From an uncultured Candidatus Saccharibacteria bacterium (GTDB lineage: Bacteria > Patescibacteriota > Saccharimonadia > Saccharimonadales > Saccharimonadaceae), in the NCBI GenBank assembly GCA_964536265.1, contig CAZHVV010000003.1, positions 33,783 through 97,782 of the forward strand: a DNA stretch of 64,000 nt, written 5' to 3'. How positions within the stretch are numbered: position 1 is the first letter of the stretch; each line of letters begins with the position of its first letter. Positions 27,691 through 36,441 of the stretch are shown here, piece after piece. The position numbers were made by a program, and so were the translations under genes. The notes under the pieces were generated by a model. The model searched no databases and had not been told where the DNA came from. It saw nothing but the letters and a program-made list of their open reading frames with translations.

Positions 27691-29181
27691 TTATCGATAC
27701 CAGTTGATTCCATCACTCCAATAATCGCGACTATCGTATTGGTTATTGAGTGTATCCGTACCAACGGCTACAGCATCGATGTATGAGCCACCTGGCGCTG
27801 CAACCTGCAATCCATTACCAGCTGCACTCAGCCGCTTGACTCTGACGAGACCGTTCGCAACTGGTGAAGGTAGAGTAATCGTTATACCAGTGCTCGTCGT
27901 GTCAACAAGCATACAGTCATTGTTCGCTGCAGTCGCTGAAGCAGTATTGATAGAGCGGAAGGTAAACGTATATCCTCCCCCGCCCCCACCTGCAGGTGTT
28001 GCCCATGTACCATCACCGCGTAGGTAGGTGGTGCCATTTGCCGTACCTGAACCAAGCCGGGCAGTCGCTACTGTGCCAGACGTGATATCTGCAGCAGCGT
28101 GAGTATGAGTAGCTGCGGCGTATGACCCGGCAGCTTGTTTGCCATCGAGGGCTGTTTGGAGGCCAGTTGTATCTGAGATAGCGTGAGTATGTGAGGTATT
28201 GGCTTTGCCAGCGAGACCAGGAACGGTTGGAGATGCAGCAGTACCGCCAAGGTCACCTGTGAGCTGAACGATACCTTTGGTTGAAGAGGTGGCATCGGCA
28301 ACGGTAGTAGTTGGTAGTTGAGCAGTAGGTACTTTACCTGTGCCGTCAAGTGTAGCCACACCATTTACAGCACCCTTCTGGGATGCATCAAGCTTCGCAC
28401 TCAAGCTTGTAGACAGGCCAGTGACACTTGCTTGAGGCAAAGAGCCACCCATATTCGCAAGGTTGAAGTTAGCTTCACTTACATCAAGTGCTATGCGGTC
28501 ATTCGCAACATCGTTCGTAACCGTCACTTTAGTTGAGGCGGCCCCTATACTGCGTAGCTCGAAATTAACGCCAGTTTTCTGTTTGTAAACTCCAACGCCA
28601 GTACCAATGTTGCTCGCTGTGTTTGCTTCGCCACCGCCACCAGCCGCAGGTGCCGTAATCCACTCGAAGCCCGTACCGTTGTAGCTAAGGAGTTCGCCTG
28701 TTGCAGGAGCATCAGAATTGAGCTGAGCAGGAATAAGACTACCGTTTGGCACTGTACCGGATGCATTGAGTTTTGCTTGCGCAGCAGCGTCAAGTTTTAT
28801 TTCTGTAATCGAACCGTCAACTATCTTTGTTGTCGTAACTGCGTTGTCGGCAAGCTTCGTATCAGTTACAGCAGAGCCAGCAAGCGCAGTCGTATCGACA
28901 GCACCCGCAACAAGTTGTGCATTTGGGATAGTACCCGACAAATCACCACCAAGCGCACCACTGACTGTATTGAGCTTTGCCTGCGCGGACGCATCAAGCT
29001 TCGCTTCGGATATACTGCCATCCGATACAATTGACGCGTCAACCGCACCAGGCGCAAGCACGCTTGTCGTGACAATATTATCTTTCAGTGAACCATCAGT
29101 CTTGTGTGATTGGGTAAGGAAGTCATTGAGGATTTGCCCCCAAGTGCCCGAGTCTGATCCTGGTTGTGGTAATCGCGGCAT
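27691..29181 (-). CDS. Phage-tail-fibre-like protein (module A N-terminus)
   Basis: 496 aa starting MPRLPQPGSDSGTWGQILNDFL. It has HxH repeats and TYLRGDGTWATP. The RBS is AAGAGGAGGAG. Confidence 0.7.
   Translation of the reverse strand: MPRLPQPGSDSGTWGQILNDFLTQSHKTDGSLKDNIVTTSVLAPGAVDASIVSDGSISEAKLDASAQAKLNTVSGALGGDLSGTIPNAQLVAGAVDTTALAGSAVTDTKLADNAVTTTKIVDGSITEIKLDAAAQAKLNASGTVPNGSLIPAQLNSDAPATGELLSYNGTGFEWITAPAAGGGGEANTASNIGTGVGVYKQKTGVNFELRSIGAASTKVTVTNDVANDRIALDVSEANFNLANMGGSLPQASVTGLSTSLSAKLDASQKGAVNGVATLDGTGKVPTAQLPTTTVADATSSTKGIVQLTGDLGGTAASPTVPGLAGKANTSHTHAISDTTGLQTALDGKQAAGSYAAATHTHAAADITSGTVATARLGSGTANGTTYLRGDGTWATPAGGGGGGYTFTFRSINTASATAANNDCMLVDTTSTGITITLPSPVANGLVRVKRLSAAGNGLQVAAPGGSYIDAVAVGTDTLNNQYDSRDYWSDGINWYR
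28111..28305. repeat. 195-bp segment identical to 26761-26955
   Basis: See the partner entry. Confidence 0.9.
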
Positions 29182-29267
29182 TAGTATTCTCCTCCTCTTA
29201 TAATTCTATGTTAGATCTCTTATAACGTATATCGGATTTATATAAAATCGGTGAAAAACGAAATTCA

Positions 29268-29480
29268 TCATGAATTTGTTGCTCGGCCACCATAGGTGCT
29301 GGCGCCATAACCCTGGTTACTGCTTTTTGATGTATCACTTAATTTCCCCAAATTACCGAAAGACTGCAATAAGAAGCCACCACCTGCAACAAATAGGGCC
29401 ATTGTTGCAACGTGTTGCAAGAACTCCTTACGGTTCATTTCCTTTTGTAGAAGTGTGTTGAGTGCTGCTGGTGTCTTCAT
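29268..29480 (-). CDS. Small protein with a Tat-like (RK) signal segment
   Basis: 70 aa. NRKEFLQHVATMALFVAGGG resembles S/T-R-R-x-F-L-K followed by an h-region. The tail is G/S/Y-rich. Confidence 0.45.
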   Translation of the reverse strand: MKTPAALNTLLQKEMNRKEFLQHVATMALFVAGGGFLLQSFGNLGKLSDTSKSSNQGYGASTYGGRATNS

Positions 29481-29568
29481 TTTTTTGTACTCTTTTTTTG
29501 GGTTTTTAATAGGTATACAGTTAGATTGTATCCAAGCCGGAATTAAAAAGCAATAGCTTTTTACAATT

Positions 29569-30615
29569 TTATGACATTATGATGAAACCATCGAGCGAAC
29601 GCGACATCGATAACTGAGGTGTGACGGACCGTGCTGACTGACGACGTGGCGCGACCGGCTGCTTCGGTCGATACGAAATAGAACGTTCCGGGTACCGTAT
29701 GTGGCGCTGCGCTACAAGCATACCGTCAACACTTCGAGGTTGCTGTGATATTACAGCAACAGGTAGTTGAGGCGCAACTTCTCGCAAGACAGGTATTGGG
29801 CGCGTACCTATCGCAGGTGCTGCCTGCTCTACGACAACTCGCGATTGTATGACACCATGTTTCTTACGACGATGCCTTACCCACAGAAGCACGATGCCAA
29901 TTTGGTACATAACTACCATTGGTGAGGCGAGCAGCGCTTGATTGAGTGCATCGGGCGTTGGTGAGATAAGAGCAGCAATAATGAATGAGCCTATCAGGAT
30001 ATGCCCCTGGTATCCCATCAACTTCTTTGGAGGCAATGGCGTAGCGGCATCGGCAATCATCATCACAAGCGGTATCTGGAACAATAGCGCACCTGCAAGC
30101 ATGTACGTCATAATGAACGCAAAGTATGAGTCAATCGTCAGCATTGGGTTGATATGGTACAGGTCAAAGCCAGTCAAGAAATACAGTGCGGCTGGCAAAC
30201 TAACGACATACGCGAAGGCAATCCCTGTTAGCGCCAACACGAACGATGCGACCGTGTAGAGCAATACGCGCTTGATATGTACCTGTTTCATAACTGGCAT
30301 AATGAATCGATAAAAATGATAGATAATAACAGGAAGTGAGGCAATGAAGCCAATATACATACAAACTTTTATAATGAAGCTGAACGCACCACCAGGCGTG
30401 AGATAGACGAGCTCGTTATCCTTGCCAAGGGGCGCAACTAACAGGTTGACGATTTTGTCAAAAAACGGATATGCTGCTGCCGAAAAAACAACAAATGTAA
30501 TTGCGACAGCAAAAAGTCGACCCTGCAACTCGCGGACGTGGTCCATAAAAGTTGGCAGGGTCGTCCGATTATCTATAGTCAGGTTATGACTTTTTTTCTG
30601 TTTCTTTCGTCTCAC
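29569..30615 (-). CDS. tatC: Twin-arginine translocase subunit TatC with a ~100-aa C-terminal extension
   Basis: MDHVRELQGRLF...six TM segments. The true start may be ATG 30546 (MDHV), since the longer form overlaps tatA. Confidence 0.85.
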   Translation of the reverse strand: MRRKKQKKSHNLTIDNRTTLPTFMDHVRELQGRLFAVAITFVVFSAAAYPFFDKIVNLLVAPLGKDNELVYLTPGGAFSFIIKVCMYIGFIASLPVIIYHFYRFIMPVMKQVHIKRVLLYTVASFVLALTGIAFAYVVSLPAALYFLTGFDLYHINPMLTIDSYFAFIMTYMLAGALLFQIPLVMMIADAATPLPPKKLMGYQGHILIGSFIIAALISPTPDALNQALLASPMVVMYQIGIVLLWVRHRRKKHGVIQSRVVVEQAAPAIGTRPIPVLREVAPQLPVAVISQQPRSVDGMLVAQRHIRYPERSISYRPKQPVAPRRQSARSVTPQLSMSRSLDGFIIMS

Positions 30616-30760
30616 TTGATTTGTCGTCCTTCATCGCTCCACGCAATTCTTTTGCAGATGAGCCGATGCTCTTCGCTAACTCTGGCAACTTCTTTGCTCC
30701 AAAGAGTAATAGCAGAATAACCAAGATGACAATTAGTTCTGGTGCGCCAATATTGGGCAT
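30584..30760 (-). CDS. tatA: Twin-arginine translocase subunit TatA/E (58 aa, below the track cut-off)
   Basis: My own translation reads MPNIGAPELIVILVILLLLFGAKKLPELAKSIGSSAKELRGAMKDDKSSETKETEKKS. The RBS is AAGGGAGAA. Confidence 0.8.
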   Translation of the reverse strand: MPNIGAPELIVILVILLLLFGAKKLPELAKSIGSSAKELRGAMKDDKSSETKETEKKS

Positions 30761-30796
30761 GCCGTTTCTCCCTTGCTTATTTATTCCTATTAGTAT

Positions 30797-30824
30797 AGTA
30801 TAATGCTAGTGTATAGAAAGTCAA
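30797..30824 (-). promoter_or_regulatory. Candidate tatA promoter
   Basis: On the minus strand: TTGACT, 16 nt, TATACT. Confidence 0.4.
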
Positions 30825-30834
30825 AGAGAAAAAT

Positions 30835-31053
30835 ATGTATTATAAACATCTATCACAATTCGCCGACACCTACGACTGCAGTACGTATGGGTCTGGCTCG
30901 TTCAACGTAGACGAAACGTGTACAACAACGACTGGTGTTGACCTTTCTGCTACTGGCACAAACATTGCCATTGGCGCAGGTATAGGTCTTATCTTGATTG
31001 TTGCCGCAATCGTAATGCTTGTTCGACTTCGCAAGAAGAGTGTAAAGAACTAA
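30835..31053 (+). CDS. Small protein with a sorting-signal-like C-terminus
   Basis: 72 aa ending ...DLSATGTNIAIGAGIGLILIVAAIVMLVRLRKKSVKN. That is an LxxTG-like motif, a hydrophobic span and a basic tail. Confidence 0.45.
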   Translation: MYYKHLSQFADTYDCSTYGSGSFNVDETCTTTTGVDLSATGTNIAIGAGIGLILIVAAIVMLVRLRKKSVKN

Positions 31054-32828
31054 TCGCGTTTCAACATGACTGCAAAGGCATCCGACGGGATGTCAACTTT
31101 GCCAAAGCGCTTCATGCGCTTTTTCCCTTTGGCTTGTTTTGCTAATACTTTCTTTTTTCGGCTTACATCACCCCCATACAGACCAGTTGTGACGTCTTTC
31201 CGATAGGCCGACAAGTCCTCGCGCGCAATAAATCGAGCACCAATTGCCGCCTGCAGTGATACTTGAAAATTCTGTCGCGGAATCACGTCTTTCAGCTTTT
31301 TGACAACGTCCCGACCTAAGCTCAGGCTCTCCGACCGATGCGTCATAATACTGAGTGCATCAACCATTTCTCCTGCCACATAAAAGTCAACTCGTACGAG
31401 ATCTTCTTCTCTGTACCCTGACAGCTCATAATTGAAACTGCCGTAGCCACTAGTAACACTTTTGAGTTGGTCGTAAAAATCGGTCAGAAGGTTGGCAAGT
31501 GGAGCCTCAAAGCTTACGAGCGTACGCTCATCGATATAACTTAGATTTTTCTGACGTCCTCGCTTATTAACAATCAACTGCAAGACACCACCAAGATAGT
31601 TTTTCGGCACAATAATTTCACCATTTACCCATGGCTCAGCAATTGTTGTAACCGTGCTCATGTCCGGTAAATCGGATGCGCTCTTGATATCGATAGTTTC
31701 ACCAGTTGTTTTCGTAACAACATAATCAGTTGAGGGATTGGTGATGACAAGATCAAGGTTATATTCTCGCTCAAGCCGTTCACGGACAATATCCAAATGC
31801 AGTAGTCCAAGAAAGCCAACTCTGACGCCAAAACCAAGGACTGGCGAATTTTCCGGTTCATACTGCAGAGCGCTGTCACTCAGTGTCAGTTTTTCAATAG
31901 CATCCTTGAGATCTTGATAGTGCTCGTTTGAAACAGGGAAAAAACCCGCGTAAACAAATGGTTGGACGTGTTTGTACCCCGATAGAGCGGACGTGGCGTG
32001 AGCACGGCGGACAGTGACGGTATCACCAACTCTTGCCTCACGTGTGCTTTTGAGATTCGTCACGATATAGCCGATTTCTCCAGTTGCAATATGCGCCTTC
32101 GCTTCCATCGCTGGACTAAGGGCACCTACTTCAAGAGCAGAGCCATGCGCACTTGTCGCGAGCATCTCAATCGTGTCACTCTTATTAATAGATCCGTCAA
32201 TAACTCGAACATACAGTATCACACCTCGGTAGTCATCATAATAGCTGTCAAATATCAGTGCCCTTGTTGGCTGGTCAGCCACACCACTTGGCGGTGTCAC
32301 TTGTGCGATAATCTCGTCGAGCAATTCAGCGACGCCCTGTCCCGTCTTGGCACTAATCTTCAAAATGGAGGCTGGGTCACAACCGAGTAAACTGACAATC
32401 TCAGCGCTCACACGTGTGACATCGGCGGCAGGTAAATCAATCTTGTTAAGAACCGGGATGATTGTCAAATCAGCCGCAAGTGCAAGATATACATTAGCAA
32501 GTGTTTGAGCCTGAATACCTTGCGACGCGTCAACCACCAGAACAGCCCCTTCACAGGCCTGCAAGCTTCGACTGACTTCATAACTGAAATCCACGTGTCC
32601 TGGCGTGTCAATTAAGTTCAGTTCATAGCCTTTATAGGCCATACGTACAGGGGCAAGTTTAATCGTAATCCCCTTCTCTCGCTCAAGGTCCATACTATCA
32701 AGCAGCTGGCTCTTCATGTCTCGCTTCTGCACCGTTCCCGTCAGCTCTAATAGCCTATCTGCGAGTGTACTTTTTCCGTGATCAATATGGGCAATGATAC
32801 AGAAATTTCTGATATGGTCTTGTTTCAT
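31050..32828 (-). CDS. lepA: Translation elongation factor 4 (LepA)
   Basis: 592 aa: IRNFCIIAHIDHGKSTLADRLL, DTPGHVDF, NKIDL, and the LepA C-terminal domain. Confidence 0.95.
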   Translation of the reverse strand: MKQDHIRNFCIIAHIDHGKSTLADRLLELTGTVQKRDMKSQLLDSMDLEREKGITIKLAPVRMAYKGYELNLIDTPGHVDFSYEVSRSLQACEGAVLVVDASQGIQAQTLANVYLALAADLTIIPVLNKIDLPAADVTRVSAEIVSLLGCDPASILKISAKTGQGVAELLDEIIAQVTPPSGVADQPTRALIFDSYYDDYRGVILYVRVIDGSINKSDTIEMLATSAHGSALEVGALSPAMEAKAHIATGEIGYIVTNLKSTREARVGDTVTVRRAHATSALSGYKHVQPFVYAGFFPVSNEHYQDLKDAIEKLTLSDSALQYEPENSPVLGFGVRVGFLGLLHLDIVRERLEREYNLDLVITNPSTDYVVTKTTGETIDIKSASDLPDMSTVTTIAEPWVNGEIIVPKNYLGGVLQLIVNKRGRQKNLSYIDERTLVSFEAPLANLLTDFYDQLKSVTSGYGSFNYELSGYREEDLVRVDFYVAGEMVDALSIMTHRSESLSLGRDVVKKLKDVIPRQNFQVSLQAAIGARFIAREDLSAYRKDVTTGLYGGDVSRKKKVLAKQAKGKKRMKRFGKVDIPSDAFAVMLKRD

Positions 32829-32834
32829 AGACGC

Positions 32835-34487
32835 TTATTCCTTTGGCTTCTCGGTATGGATTTGGCCAAATGCAATTTTTGTGACAATACTCTTCACACG
32901 CTCAACGACATGTTCAGCCTCAGATAGCTTAAGGAATCGACTAATGTAGACGTAGGCTATAAGACTCACGAGTGCAATCAGTACGAACTTAGGAAAGAGA
33001 ATGTAAAAACCTAGGTCATTATTCACTTGGCCAAGCATCACAATCATTAGAACCGTTACGATTCCCATCACCGATGTCGCAAGAACCATCCGCATCACAG
33101 TATTAAGGAAAACACGATCAAAGAGTTTTGGAATTCGCTTTGACATTACTCCAAAGAGAATCGAGACTTCGATAACAGACGTGATTGACTGTGCAAGTGC
33201 AAGACCATAAATACCCATATTGAATCTACGAGTGAAGGTGATGGCAAGAATAACATTGAGTGTGATGGCAAGAATTGAAATATAGAGCGGTGTTTTTGTA
33301 TCTTTCTGTGCATAAAAGCTACGTGATGCGATATGAAAAATCGATCGCGAGACTATTGCGACGCTAAGTATGCCTAGCGTTGTCGCTACAACGCTCTCTC
33401 CTTGAGTAAAGAGAAAACTTACGAGATAGTCCTGGCAAAACAATGTAATAACTGCAATAGGTAACGCAAGCCACGTAATCACCCGAAGAACCGACTGCAA
33501 CTCAAATCGAAATAAGTCTGGTCGGCCTTGACTGAGGCGTTCAGTCATCTGCGGGAAAGCAGCGGTCGAAATAGCCACGCCGACAAGCGTTACAGGCACC
33601 ATATATAGTGTTGTTGCTTGGTTATATGCACGTACTGACCCGTAGAACATTCCTGACGCGAGGTTTGTTTCGACGATGTTATTGAAATAATCAATCCCCT
33701 GATCGAACGAGCGCGCAGGAAGTAAGCGAAGTACTTGTCGGAATCCATGATTTTTCCAATAAATTTTAAATCGATAATCAAATCCGAGACCAATCAAACC
33801 AATTGCGCTGACGAGCAACTGCATCACTGAACCAAGCACAACTCCTAGTGCAACTCCCATGATGCCACCCTCAAACACTTGTACGCCAAAAATAGTGATA
33901 CCGTTTGTAAAGAATACTAGTCCAGTAATGATACCGAGGTTGTAAATAACTGGTGATAGCGCGTAGAACGTGAACCGACCAATCGCCTGTTGAATACTTG
34001 CGAAAACACTTGCGATAGCGAATAAGAACGGGTTAATGGCGATAATACGCATCATCGAAACAGCAAGCCCGCGACCAACCTCATCAAGACCTGGCCCGAC
34101 AACGTATCGTACGAGTGGTTCAGCGAAAATAATGATTAAGATGCTTGCAATGAATGTTGCGAGAGCAAGCAGGTTAATCAAACTTGTTGAGAGTTCCCAG
34201 GCTGATTTTTTATTGCCACTATGAAGGCGATCATTAAATACTGGGATAAACGTCACACTCAATGCACCAGAAACTAAAATAAAGAACATGAAGTCCGGAA
34301 TGATAAATGCTGACGTGTATGCATCCGCATAGTTCGGTAGCGTCGTGTAGTAATATGTATTCAGCAAGCGGTCACGAAATAGACCAAGCATACTCGAGAG
34401 TAGGCTGGCACTTGCGAGCAATGTCGCAGCTAACTGGACGCTTAGTCGGGCGTTTGCCCGGGCGACTATTCGTTGGACTCGTCCCAT
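32835..34487 (-). CDS. murJ: Lipid II flippase MurJ/MviN
   Basis: 550 aa, about 14 TM segments, with an N-terminus SSMLGLFRDRLL typical of MurJ. Confidence 0.8.
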   Translation of the reverse strand: MGRVQRIVARANARLSVQLAATLLASASLLSSMLGLFRDRLLNTYYYTTLPNYADAYTSAFIIPDFMFFILVSGALSVTFIPVFNDRLHSGNKKSAWELSTSLINLLALATFIASILIIIFAEPLVRYVVGPGLDEVGRGLAVSMMRIIAINPFLFAIASVFASIQQAIGRFTFYALSPVIYNLGIITGLVFFTNGITIFGVQVFEGGIMGVALGVVLGSVMQLLVSAIGLIGLGFDYRFKIYWKNHGFRQVLRLLPARSFDQGIDYFNNIVETNLASGMFYGSVRAYNQATTLYMVPVTLVGVAISTAAFPQMTERLSQGRPDLFRFELQSVLRVITWLALPIAVITLFCQDYLVSFLFTQGESVVATTLGILSVAIVSRSIFHIASRSFYAQKDTKTPLYISILAITLNVILAITFTRRFNMGIYGLALAQSITSVIEVSILFGVMSKRIPKLFDRVFLNTVMRMVLATSVMGIVTVLMIVMLGQVNNDLGFYILFPKFVLIALVSLIAYVYISRFLKLSEAEHVVERVKSIVTKIAFGQIHTEKPKE

Positions 34488-34527
34488 AGTCTATAAGTAT
34501 ACGCTGTTTTACAGGGAGAAAAAAGGC

Positions 34528-36405
34528 CTAGTACAGCTTGGCGGCTGCCGGCAAAACAGCTGTACCCAATACGTCTACGACAACTGTTTCATCAATCGTC
34601 TCGTCTTTTAGCAACCGTTCGGCTAATAGTCGTAGAGGCTCACGGTTTGCCGACAGAACAACACGCGCGCGCTCTGCAGCTTCATTCATGAGTTTGGCGA
34701 CTTCTTTATCAATCATCGAAGCTGTTTCGTTACTGTATGGCCGGTCATGTGTCATACGATCGAACATGAGACCGCCACCGTCTTCATGGAAAACTTGGTC
34801 TCGTAGACTCTCGCTCATACCTTGTTCTATCACCATATCGCGCGCAATCTCGGTTGCTTTTCGTAGGTCACTACCCGCACCAGTCGTTACCTTATTTGAT
34901 CCGTAGATAATCTCCTCAGCAATACGGCCACCAAGAGCCCGGGCCAATATGTCCTTGAACTCAACAATACTGGTATAATTCCTGTCTTCCGCGGGTAAGA
35001 ACCATGTCACACCACCTGTACCTCCGCGTGGAATAATCGTCACTTTGTGAACAGGGTCGCTGTCTGGCAATACGTGTCCAACGAGAGCATGCCCAGCTTC
35101 ATGATATGCCGTGACTTCTTTTTCATGGTCACTCATGACTTTCGTCTTGCGTTCCGGACCAATAGCCACTTTCTCGAATGCCTCTGTTACATCTGCATTT
35201 GAGATAACTTTCCGATTGTGACGCGCCGCGACGATAGCTGCTTCGTTGGCAATATTTGCAAGGTCAGCACCTGAACTACCGGCAGTTTTTGCTGCCAGAG
35301 CATCAATATTGACATGTTCATCAATCGGCTTGTCTTTGAAGTGAATTTTTAGAATAGCTTCGCGGTCTTTACGTTCCGGCAACCCAATGTTAACTCGTCG
35401 GTCGAAACGTCCTGGTCGCAAGAGCGCAGGGTCGAGCACATCAGAACGGTTTGTTGCTGCGAGCACAATAACATTTGTTCCGGTTTCGAATCCATCCATT
35501 TCAACCAATATCTGGTTCAGTGTCTGCTCACGTTCATCGTGGCCTCCACCCATACCTGAGCCGCGCCGGCGCCCGACGGCATCAATCTCATCAATGAAGA
35601 TAATGCATGGCGCATTTTTCTTGGCTTTTTCAAACAAATCACGAACACGGCTTGCACCAACACCAACAAACATCTCGACAAATTCAGAACCTGAGATGCT
35701 GAAAAATGGTACCTCTGCCTCGCCCGCAACTGCGCGAGCAAGCATGGTCTTACCTGTTCCTGGAGGGCCTATCAGCAGGACACCCTTCGGGATTTTCGCC
35801 CCAACGTCCTGGAACTTCTTCGGATGTTTCAGAAAATCGACAACTTCGACAAGATCTTGTTTTGCCTCGTTATTACCCGCAACTTCTTTGAATGTCACAC
35901 GGGTTTTTTCGTTGCCATACAGACGCGCTTTACTTTTTCCAAAGCCCATAGCTTGGTTATTCTGCCCTTGCGCCTGACGGAACATGAAGAAAATCAACCC
36001 ACCAATAATTAACATTGGAACAATAATACCCGCTAAGTTCAGTAGCATTGCGCCTGTCTCGGACGGCGGAGAATCATCAAGCGTTACTTTTGTCTGGTCA
36101 ACCATATTATCTTTGATAAGTGTGCTGATACCACCCTGGATAAACGATTTCTCAGTTGGCTTATCTTTACCACGAACAGTGACTGTCAAATCGTCACCAC
36201 TCCCAGCAATTTTACTCAACTCACCTTTGTTAGCACGTGTAATAATGTCAGAAATTGGTTTCTGTTCGAGAGAGTTCGTAGGCGTGAGAATCGCGATAAA
36301 TATCAGTACGAAAAATGCAATGATTGCGACGAATACACTAGTGCGCACATATTGCGCAATTGGTTTCTTCGGCGGTTTTGGTTGAGGTTTTGGCATAAAT
36401 GACAA
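34528..36405 (-). CDS. ftsH: ATP-dependent zinc metalloprotease FtsH
   Basis: 625 aa: [17 protein letters not shown], the SRH motif, and HEAGHAL as the zinc site. Confidence 0.97.
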   Translation of the reverse strand: MSFMPKPQPKPPKKPIAQYVRTSVFVAIIAFFVLIFIAILTPTNSLEQKPISDIITRANKGELSKIAGSGDDLTVTVRGKDKPTEKSFIQGGISTLIKDNMVDQTKVTLDDSPPSETGAMLLNLAGIIVPMLIIGGLIFFMFRQAQGQNNQAMGFGKSKARLYGNEKTRVTFKEVAGNNEAKQDLVEVVDFLKHPKKFQDVGAKIPKGVLLIGPPGTGKTMLARAVAGEAEVPFFSISGSEFVEMFVGVGASRVRDLFEKAKKNAPCIIFIDEIDAVGRRRGSGMGGGHDEREQTLNQILVEMDGFETGTNVIVLAATNRSDVLDPALLRPGRFDRRVNIGLPERKDREAILKIHFKDKPIDEHVNIDALAAKTAGSSGADLANIANEAAIVAARHNRKVISNADVTEAFEKVAIGPERKTKVMSDHEKEVTAYHEAGHALVGHVLPDSDPVHKVTIIPRGGTGGVTWFLPAEDRNYTSIVEFKDILARALGGRIAEEIIYGSNKVTTGAGSDLRKATEIARDMVIEQGMSESLRDQVFHEDGGGLMFDRMTHDRPYSNETASMIDKEVAKLMNEAAERARVVLSANREPLRLLAERLLKDETIDETVVVDVLGTAVLPAAAKLY

Positions 36406-36441
36406 TAATTCCTTCTTATGTTCAGTAGCTCTACTATCTTA

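Noticed and set aside
26761-28305. Diversity-generating retroelement (template/variable repeat pair)
   Set aside because: The two 195-bp copies are identical rather than differing at adenines. No reverse transcriptase ORF is present in the window. The same reasoning applies to the 530-bp repeat at 59835/62419.
23388-29181. Intact prophage
   Set aside because: Only fibre-like or tail-accessory-like genes are present. I found no integrase, terminase, portal, capsid, tape-measure or holin/lysin gene and no att-like direct repeats. Housekeeping genes abut both sides.
28766-29203. 145-aa plus-strand ORF
   Set aside because: It is antisense to the 496-aa fibre-like gene, whose product has recognisable motifs and a strong RBS.
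35387-35977. 196-aa plus-strand ORF
   Set aside because: It is antisense to ftsH and is a shadow ORF.
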